Program-made: the position numbers and the translations under genes
UHGV virus genome: UHGV-0204798
Origin: a virus
Length of the DNA stretch: 23,284 nt
Reading direction: 5' to 3' (one strand)
Notes under the pieces: model-generated
Seen by the model: only the letters and a program-made list of their open reading frames with translations
Database searches by the model: none
What the model was told of the DNA's origin: nothing
Shown: positions 16,637 to 23,284 of the stretch, piece after piece
Layout of the letters: every line of letters begins with the position of its first letter
How positions within the stretch are numbered: position 1 is the first letter of the stretch

Positions 16637-17863
16637 TTAGCTCCGTTTCAGTTTAGTTGCGCCAGGAAATGCCTTGGCGAAAGAATTGGTTGCGGCAGCA
16701 TCCATACCCAGACCATAAGATGGTTTGCGAACTACCGCTTTCTGGCTGATAGCAAATTCAACCATCGATTTAAGTGCTGAAGGATGAACGCCTTTATGTT
16801 CGGCACCGATTGAATCAAGAGCAAAGCGATAAATAGACTCTGCGGAATCCATAGCTACCAGGCTCACATCACCAACCAAAGCGCGAACGCATTCTCGAGC
16901 CTCATTGGCTTGACGGATACGCCCCATCACATTCTCTTCAGCTTTTCGAATTAATGCGGCATCCATAGCTGCTTTATTCTCATCATCGTCTTCATCCTCG
17001 GCAGTCTTTTTATCCTTGCCGTCATCATCTTCATCTTCCGCTTCTTTGCGGTCACGATCGCGATCCTTTCGCTCACGTTCTTCACGCTCTTTTAGTTCAT
17101 CCTCTTCACGTTTCAGACGCTCTGCTTCTGACTCATTATCTCTCTCAGCCTGAGTGGCTTCGTCTTCAACAACCTTTTGCACTTTCTTTTCCACTTCTTC
17201 TGGCTTCTCATCACTGGCCAGCATCGGCGTGATAACTGCCATCAACTTTTTAGTAAGTTCTGACATTGATTTCATTCCTGTTGGTATTGAATCCCCGACA
17301 ACAACGTCGGATCCGGCTCTTCCCTCTGTTACGAGAGCAACGTGGTTCCCGACGATATCGCGCATTACACCATCGTATGGCTGGTCTTCATGCACGCCGG
17401 GGGTCATGTCAGCTACATATCTGTAGGCCGACGAAAGTTCTTTCTTCTCGTCTGTCTCGATTCCAGCGATAGAATCTGCGTCCCAGACGACAAGCGAGTT
17501 CTTGAGATAAGTCCCGTCAAACTCAGCATCAGTACCAGTAGAACCAACCACAGCCATCTTCTGAGGGTCTGAAGCAGTAACCGGAATGTGTTCGTTAAGG
17601 AGCGGGATGTTGTTGAATGTAGATGCTGCTTTGGCTAACTCTTTCGGGTCGCGAAGCAGGTAGTAAACTTTGTCAGGCTGTAAACCTAGCGATCTGTAAT
17701 TAGGAATTTCACGTCCATAATAAGGGCAAACGTTAGCCTTACTGATTGGCGTCACTTCAATATGCAAACGCCCATCCTTATCAAAGGAGCGCACCGTTGC
17801 CTTGTCGAATGCCAATCCGTGATATCCCCATTGCCAATCGCCTTTAACTTTGCGTAATGGCAT
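16637..17863 (-). CDS. Scaffold / prohead protease-like protein with a highly charged central region
   Basis: 408-aa ORF with ATG at 17861-17863. Contains an extremely charged segment (...[36 protein letters not shown]...) encoded at about 16980-17110. Confidence 0.55.
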   Translation of the reverse strand: MPLRKVKGDWQWGYHGLAFDKATVRSFDKDGRLHIEVTPISKANVCPYYGREIPNYRSLGLQPDKVYYLLRDPKELAKAASTFNNIPLLNEHIPVTASDPQKMAVVGSTGTDAEFDGTYLKNSLVVWDADSIAGIETDEKKELSSAYRYVADMTPGVHEDQPYDGVMRDIVGNHVALVTEGRAGSDVVVGDSIPTGMKSMSELTKKLMAVITPMLASDEKPEEVEKKVQKVVEDEATQAERDNESEAERLKREEDELKEREERERKDRDRDRKEAEDEDDDGKDKKTAEDEDDDENKAAMDAALIRKAEENVMGRIRQANEARECVRALVGDVSLVAMDSAESIYRFALDSIGAEHKGVHPSALKSMVEFAISQKAVVRKPSYGLGMDAAATNSFAKAFPGATKLKRS

Positions 17864-17884
17864 GCTTTTACCTTTCGGCAGGCA

Positions 17885-17907
17885 ATAAAAAAAGCCGCAG
17901 TAGCGGC
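17885..17907 (-). terminator. Terminator-like hairpin inside the head operon
   Basis: 5-bp GC stem GCCGC/GCGGC (17894-17898 / 17903-17907) with loop AGTA, followed on the minus strand by a run of seven or more T (plus 17885-17893 AATAAAAAAA). Lies in the 135-bp gap between the MuF-like and scaffold genes. Confidence 0.35.
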
Positions 17908-17998
17908 CATTATTTCCTCTTGGGCATAGCTATTTTCAGTAGTGCAATCATTAAGCAACCAAAAATCAACACTAAGCCCAGAGACCATAAAACCTCAA

Positions 17999-18817
17999 TC
18001 ATTTTCTATCTATCCCAGGGATAACAGGAGACCACGTACAACGGCAGTTGATAGCCTCTCCTGGCAGCACCCATTCACCATCGAGATACAGCCCTTTATC
18101 GAGGTCGAACTCTTTACCGTCAGCTTTCACATGGGATGGCCTTGGCTGCTTCCCGGCGTGTGAGTGACGCCAGATTCCTTTGGTGATTCCTAACCTCCTC
18201 TGCCGTTCAGACTGAATTACCGCTGTAGCTTTGTTGTTCTGATCGCGTGCAATCGTCTCAGCGCGTCTGCGTGTAATGCCATATCGCTTAACCAGTTCAT
18301 CAGTGAGATAGCCAAGGTCACGACCACGGCTGACAGACTGCATGACAATCGTCTCAACCTGTGTGTGATAGTGTTCAGGTATGGATTTAATCAGGTTGAC
18401 GTTCTCGTTAATGACAGCCTGCATCACGTTCTTAAGCTCGTCATTCATTGTGAACTTAACGGTAAATCCGCCAGCCTTTAACGCTGAGTGTAACGAAACG
18501 TCGGTGTTGCGCAGTGTCTTATCAACGAAGCGATCAGCCAGTTTCTTAGCCAGTTCATTGAATTTATGCTCCCACTGCTTGCCTAGTCTGGACAATCTGC
18601 GCTTTAACTCATTCGCGGGGCTGGAATCCATCGCCATGTTGTTTTTGTATGCGCCATCAAGCCAGTATCGGTATGACTTATCCATCTCCCTAACCAGCTT
18701 GAGAAGCTCAGAGCGATACCACTCATGAACTCCGGCGTTAGCTCTGACTGGACGAAGGGTTTTCCTGGTCTTCAAATCCTTCTTCGATGGACTCGTTTTC
18801 GTACTCTTCTTCGTCAT
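17999..18817 (-). CDS. Head morphogenesis protein (Mu F / SPP1 gp7-like)
   Basis: 272-aa ORF immediately downstream of the portal gene, ATG at 18815-18817. The 5' end overlaps the acidic portal C-terminus by about 80 nt. Confidence 0.6.
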   Translation of the reverse strand: MTKKSTKTSPSKKDLKTRKTLRPVRANAGVHEWYRSELLKLVREMDKSYRYWLDGAYKNNMAMDSSPANELKRRLSRLGKQWEHKFNELAKKLADRFVDKTLRNTDVSLHSALKAGGFTVKFTMNDELKNVMQAVINENVNLIKSIPEHYHTQVETIVMQSVSRGRDLGYLTDELVKRYGITRRRAETIARDQNNKATAVIQSERQRRLGITKGIWRHSHAGKQPRPSHVKADGKEFDLDKGLYLDGEWVLPGEAINCRCTWSPVIPGIDRK

Positions 18818-20273
18818 ACTCAGATTCCATCATGTGGTATGGGCTGGCCTTATCCGACTGGCGCATACTTCTTATTGCATCAAGGTCAAACACACCAGCT
18901 TCGGCATAGTTCTTATCAGTCTCAGACTGATGTTTCATGATCTCGGCTTTCTCTGCTTCTGTAAGCTCGTACAGCGGCAGGAATTCAAAATCAATGTCAG
19001 GGTCAATCTCGCCAAATTCATTCAACTGGATAACATCCAGAACTGTTTTCAGCGGCACCCTGAACAGATTCTCCTGCATGGCGTGTATTGAGTCATAGAA
19101 GACGCGGATTTCGCCATCAGATGAAGCGTTTAGCCCGTTAGGAGTAATGCCAAGGAGCTTAACCAGAGGAATGCTTGATACCGATGCCATTTGTTCCTGC
19201 GCTTGCGCCTGAAGAGCATCAACTCCGGACAGACTTGTCACAAACTGGAAGAATTCTTCTCCATCCTTATCAATAAGGAACATTCCGCGATTGTCGCGAA
19301 CCTTATTGAATAGCTCGGCACGCATAAACAGGTTTGGGTCTGCAATTCCAGACAAGGCATTCTGCATGTTCGTCTTCAGCCCATAGACCACAAACGAATG
19401 AACCAGATCGCTAACGCTGTCACGTGTTCTCAGCCAGTTCTGCACGTATGGCTCTGCCATCTGACTCAGCGACAAGCCGCCGAAGTTGTACGCCGCTTTG
19501 AGAATGTCTGGCACCTGGCGAGAAATCATTGTCAACATACGGCTGGCGTGAACAGTACGCCCCATGACATACCATTCAGATGGATTGAAGAAATCAGGAC
19601 TGAGAGGGTTATCAGCGTTATACACACCAGGGTATGTCCACATGGCCTCGATAACGCGGAAACCATTCAGGCTTCCTTTGGTAATCTTGCGTGGGCTGAT
19701 ATAGAGCTTCTTATCCAGTTCGTCGGGAACCAGCCAGGCTGAGTTACCGCTTGGCGTCTTCACGTCGATATAAATCTGTCCGCGCCCGAAGTAACCGTCA
19801 TGTTCCGCCGCCTCGCGAAACTTCTCTCGCACTCTGAAACGCTTTAATGCGTCGTCAAGCTGGCGAATCTTATCGGCCTTGTCGTCACCATCGTCTTTAC
19901 CTACATGCTTCAGCTCAATCCATTTTCGCGTCATCTCTTCTGCTATCGTGCCAGTAATCTTGCGATACTCCGGCAACTGAGCAAGTTGAGACAGATATGG
20001 GTAGCCGGGAAATCCACCGTAGCCATATGCGGTGATGTTTGCTGAGTTAAGGTAACTGTACGGCGTGGAGTCCATCGCCAGAGCTGACTCCCCAATATGT
20101 TCAGGAATAACGCCTGGCGGGGGTACGTATCGCTCAATTCTACGCAATGCCTCGCCTTCATTTTTAATTCGCTCCTGCTCGTTAATAATCGCAAGAACAT
20201 TCGCCAGAGACATTGGCTGTTTCGCCTCTTCTTTCTGAGGCTCAGATTTTTTCTTTCTCAAAAAATTAAACAC
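18738..20273 (-). CDS. Portal protein
   Basis: 511-aa ORF directly after the large terminase. GTG start at 20273 (GAGG Shine-Dalgarno) or ATG at 20213. Acidic C-terminal tail. Confidence 0.7.
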   Translation of the reverse strand: MFNFLRKKKSEPQKEEAKQPMSLANVLAIINEQERIKNEGEALRRIERYVPPPGVIPEHIGESALAMDSTPYSYLNSANITAYGYGGFPGYPYLSQLAQLPEYRKITGTIAEEMTRKWIELKHVGKDDGDDKADKIRQLDDALKRFRVREKFREAAEHDGYFGRGQIYIDVKTPSGNSAWLVPDELDKKLYISPRKITKGSLNGFRVIEAMWTYPGVYNADNPLSPDFFNPSEWYVMGRTVHASRMLTMISRQVPDILKAAYNFGGLSLSQMAEPYVQNWLRTRDSVSDLVHSFVVYGLKTNMQNALSGIADPNLFMRAELFNKVRDNRGMFLIDKDGEEFFQFVTSLSGVDALQAQAQEQMASVSSIPLVKLLGITPNGLNASSDGEIRVFYDSIHAMQENLFRVPLKTVLDVIQLNEFGEIDPDIDFEFLPLYELTEAEKAEIMKHQSETDKNYAEAGVFDLDAIRSMRQSDKASPYHMMESEYDEEEYENESIEEGFEDQENPSSSQS

Positions 20274-21793
20274 TATGCGAGCCTCAAAAGGTCTTCAGAT
20301 ATACGTAACGGACCATTGCCATTTTTCATCTCATCGATGGCATCCATCATCGGATCAAGCTGGTCGTCGTGCGTATTGAAATCAGGATTAATAGCTTCCA
20401 TCTCAACGAGGAAGTCGTTGATGAATGGTGCGCTGCTGGGCAACTTGATGTAACCGGACTCGATATAACCCTGTACATCCATCAGTCGCGTGTACTTATC
20501 CTTATCGCGCTGAATTGCTTTGATGGGGCATATCGCTTTTTTACGGATGTTCTGTATCAGGCCTGTGCCAGATGACTTGTCCTCTATCGCCATGTGGCGA
20601 AGCGGCCCATTCTTCAGAGTTTTGCACTTTTCCCAGAATGCAACAGCACGGCGTTGTAATTCATCGGCCTCCCATTTACCGCGAATCATATCTATCAGAT
20701 AGATGTACCCGTCAGTACCAAGCCCCCAGTGCTCGAATACTGAGAAGTCGTTGACCTCTTTTGTTTTCTGTGCGGTGTCTCCATAGACGGCACGCCATTG
20801 CATGGGAGGGAGTACCTGATATTCACCAAACCATTCAGACTTAATAAGCCCCCCGCCTTTGGCGGTTGGTCTTTGCTGATAAAGAGCATTCCATACAAGG
20901 GAACCGCGCTGTTTGCATTTCTCTACGAACTCTCTCGGCATGCGCTCAGGGAACAGAATTTCACCGGGATTGCGCAGCCGATACACATTACCGTTGAGTT
21001 CATGAATCTCTTCCTTTTCAGCCTCCATTGGGAAGCTAACTACGCGCCAGCGTTCCCCGCCCTCTTCAGCTAGTTTTAATAACTGTCCGGCGAGATCGTT
21101 TTGATGCCAGCGTGTCAGGATGATGACAATTCCGTTTATCTTCGGGTCAACACGAGTGAAGAATGTCGTGTCATACCAGTCCATCACCGCTTCCTGGTAA
21201 GTTGGAGACGATGCGGTTTTGTAATCTTTCGCGGGGTCATCAATAACCCCAATGTTCATACCCTGCCCGGTGATGCCACCGTTAACACCAGCAGAACGAT
21301 ATGAGCCGCCGTGTAGTTCACCTTTGGCATCAACTGGTTCCCATAGCTCGGTTTTGTTGATACCTCCCGCCAAACTGCGTCCTGAAGGTATTTTCACGTC
21401 AGGGAAAACATCAGCGTACTTATCAGAGGTGATAATGCGTTTAACGTCACGGCTCATTCGGTCTGACAGGTCAGAAGAATATGAGCACGAGATAATGTTC
21501 CATGATGGATGCTGTCCTAACACATACGCTGGGAAGCGGCGAGAGCACAACTCACTCTTTCCTGAGCGCGGAGGGGCAAACACCATTAGCCTGGGCATGT
21601 TTCCGGCTTTAACTTCATCCAGAAAGTGATCTAGCTCAGCACAAAGCAGCTCGTTAAACCAACCTGTTTCGTATTGCGGATTAGTGTACAAAGTGAAATC
21701 GAGAAGGTTTTTTCTTGCTGAGCGGATAGCCAGCTCTTTGTGCAACTCATAAATCTGAGCGTTTCGATTCAAGCTGATTGGAGCGCCTGCCAT
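20273..21793 (-). CDS. Terminase large subunit
   Basis: Track ORF 20273-21799 trimmed to the ATG at 21791-21793 (GGAG Shine-Dalgarno 7 nt upstream). P-loop-like [10 protein letters not shown] near the N-terminus and a size of about 506 aa. Confidence 0.8.
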   Translation of the reverse strand: MAGAPISLNRNAQIYELHKELAIRSARKNLLDFTLYTNPQYETGWFNELLCAELDHFLDEVKAGNMPRLMVFAPPRSGKSELCSRRFPAYVLGQHPSWNIISCSYSSDLSDRMSRDVKRIITSDKYADVFPDVKIPSGRSLAGGINKTELWEPVDAKGELHGGSYRSAGVNGGITGQGMNIGVIDDPAKDYKTASSPTYQEAVMDWYDTTFFTRVDPKINGIVIILTRWHQNDLAGQLLKLAEEGGERWRVVSFPMEAEKEEIHELNGNVYRLRNPGEILFPERMPREFVEKCKQRGSLVWNALYQQRPTAKGGGLIKSEWFGEYQVLPPMQWRAVYGDTAQKTKEVNDFSVFEHWGLGTDGYIYLIDMIRGKWEADELQRRAVAFWEKCKTLKNGPLRHMAIEDKSSGTGLIQNIRKKAICPIKAIQRDKDKYTRLMDVQGYIESGYIKLPSSAPFINDFLVEMEAINPDFNTHDDQLDPMMDAIDEMKNGNGPLRISEDLLRLA

Positions 21794-22337
21794 TACCAAG
21801 CTCCTTCAGTTTCTCTTCAAGTAACTCTTCTGACATATCGGCATAACGAACAGGCCCGCCATCAGCGCCAGTTATTTCTGTAGATGTTTGCTCTTTAAAC
21901 GCCTGAACAGAAACATGCTTACCAAGAAGTTCGAGGTTTTTGACCTTATCAGGCCATTTGATTTTCTTCAGAAGTGCGGCGCTATCTGCGGATACCATCT
22001 CCACGACATCCATTCCTGATAGCGTTGTGCGCCATACTTTAGGCCAGTCTTTGATGGGTTTTAGCTCACCGTTTTGCAGGAGAATGTCAAGCACATCCAT
22101 CTGGTCGATTTCAACCAATCTACGAAGAACATAGGCGGCATCTATACCCGTCTGCTCAACGCGGGCAGATTTAAGTTCAGCAACGAATTTTTGAACATTA
22201 ACATTTGCTAATAATCGAGATGCCTGCTCATTGGCGGTCTTCTCGCTGTAGCCCGCCCTGATAGCTGCCTGTGTGCCGTTCAGATCTTTCAGGTACTCAC
22301 GGGCAAACAGCTCTTGTTTGTCGGTGAGCTTTGCCAT
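21747..22337 (-). CDS. Terminase small subunit
   Basis: 196-aa ORF with ATG at 22335-22337, overlapping the large terminase start. N-terminus MAKLTDKQELFAREYLKDLNGTQAAIRAGYSEKTA... is typical of small terminases. Confidence 0.75.
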   Translation of the reverse strand: MAKLTDKQELFAREYLKDLNGTQAAIRAGYSEKTANEQASRLLANVNVQKFVAELKSARVEQTGIDAAYVLRRLVEIDQMDVLDILLQNGELKPIKDWPKVWRTTLSGMDVVEMVSADSAALLKKIKWPDKVKNLELLGKHVSVQAFKEQTSTEITGADGGPVRYADMSEELLEEKLKELGNGRRSNQLESKRSDL

Positions 22338-22692
22338 TATTTGTGCTCCGTTTATCCGTTAAAAGGGATATCAGTTAAGTTATCCCGTGCAGGGTATAAG
22401 CTATTGTCGAGACCACTCATTGAATGGTCTCTGCAATAACCGATGTCTTTCCATCAGTCCGCCACCACAAAGAATCTTTTTTGCCATAAGGCTGGAGGTT
22501 CATCTTTCAGTGGCTGCCAGTGTTATTTCCCCACTTACTGGCTTGGGTTGTTTCGCGGTACTGCCGTTAACTGGTGGCGCACAGATTGAGTTAAATCCGT
22601 TCTCGCATGATCCAGCTTTTACATACCCGGATTGTGGGGATGTAAATCACGGTTTCATTATCAAGCCCACCCGTAGATGGGCTTTGGAATGG

Positions 22693-23211
22693 TCACTTTG
22701 GCAGTCCGGGGATCGATATTTGCGCCTGCTGCTCAAGCCTTTCGATTCTTGCTATGAGTTGCGGTTTTTTGATCCTGCCCCAGCGGTTCAGCAAGCGTCC
22801 TGACATACTGGCAACATCCTTTTCCTTCATGAACTCCAGCATTAACTCGTTGTGCTCTCTTTGGTATGAGTGAGCCATCTCCATCAGCCTGTCACGCATC
22901 CAATTAAATGCTTTGATAAACGCCTCTTTGATGGCGGCAGCTTTTTTGCCGGTAAACGACATGATGATGTACATCGCGCCGTCTTTGGAAATTTCATATT
23001 CAACATACTGATTACCCTTGTGTTCATAGGTAACCCGCGAAAAGTTGCTGGTTAGAAATTCATCCGAACAGTCTAGCTTTTCGATTTTCTGAATGATGTG
23101 GTGATGCTGCTTGTCGAAGTAAGCTGCTACCTTGCGGGAGGTTGTGATCACGCGATCACCAGAAACAACCACCATGTCCCGGAAATCGAGATTAGCCAAT
23201 TGATGATTCAT
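22693..23211 (-). CDS. Rha-family phage regulatory protein
   Basis: Track ORF 22693-23247 (GTG start). The ATG at 23209-23211 gives MNHQLANLDFRDMVVVSGDRVITTSRKVAAYFDKQHHHIIQKIEKL..., an N-terminal pattern I recall from Rha proteins. Sits upstream of the terminase genes. Confidence 0.6.
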   Translation of the reverse strand: MNHQLANLDFRDMVVVSGDRVITTSRKVAAYFDKQHHHIIQKIEKLDCSDEFLTSNFSRVTYEHKGNQYVEYEISKDGAMYIIMSFTGKKAAAIKEAFIKAFNWMRDRLMEMAHSYQREHNELMLEFMKEKDVASMSGRLLNRWGRIKKPQLIARIERLEQQAQISIPGLPK

Positions 23212-23284
23212 AGCGTCTTTACCTTTTAGAAAGTGAGCCTGTCTCACAGAAAAGCCGCCCGAGAGAGGTCGCCACCTATAACGG

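Noticed and set aside
17752-17988. Minus-strand 78-aa ORF spanning the head-operon hairpin
   Set aside because: It reads straight through the terminator-like hairpin and overlaps the scaffold gene by more than 100 nt in another frame, with no ribosome-binding site.
22443-22529. Short minus-strand ORF of about 28 aa (MNLQPYGKKDSLWWRTDGKTSVIAETIQ) in the Rha-terminase gap
   Set aside because: Weak RBS, no recognisable motif, and it overlaps the inverted repeats. Approximate coordinates; not reportable without conservation or expression evidence.
22387-22803. Plus-strand 138-aa ORF starting in the Rha-terminase intergenic region
   Set aside because: GTG start with no convincing Shine-Dalgarno, low-complexity translation, and it runs more than 100 nt antisense into the Rha-like gene. 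Most likely a chance ORF; the interval is better explained as structured non-coding DNA.
1-23284. CRISPR arrays, tRNA or rRNA genes
   Set aside because: No regularly spaced direct repeats with unique spacers and no cloverleaf or rRNA-like conserved stretches were seen. The repeats present are coding low-complexity (Gly-rich, charged) or short hairpins.

Overview
This 23.3-kb window is almost entirely the late (virion morphogenesis) region of a temperate tailed phage or prophage. Nearly all genes lie on the minus strand and read from high to low coordinates: Rha-like regulator, small and large terminase, portal, MuF-like head morphogenesis protein, scaffold/protease-like protein, major capsid protein, neck proteins, sheath-like and tube-like tail proteins, a frameshift-type tail assembly chaperone pair, a tape measure protein with an embedded lytic transglycosylase domain, baseplate proteins, a glycine-rich tail fibre and a tail fibre assembly protein. 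The most interesting part is a compact regulatory island at about 6.75-8.48 kb that interrupts the tail module and is bracketed by hairpin terminators. It resembles the phage P22 immI locus: an antirepressor (ant), a 55-aa Arc-like ribbon-helix-helix ORF immediately upstream that is absent from the ORF track, a divergent Mnt-like repressor, back-to-back promoters with two CCAC-N-GTGG palindromes, and a candidate ~70-nt sar-like antisense RNA over the ant ribosome-binding site. The left end carries a decayed, inverted tfa-like remnant converging on the intact tfa, which may be a relic of an invertible host-range segment. No rRNA, tRNA or CRISPR array was recognised. All product names are inferred from reading the translations, motifs and gene order; no database search was run, so family assignments are hypotheses.
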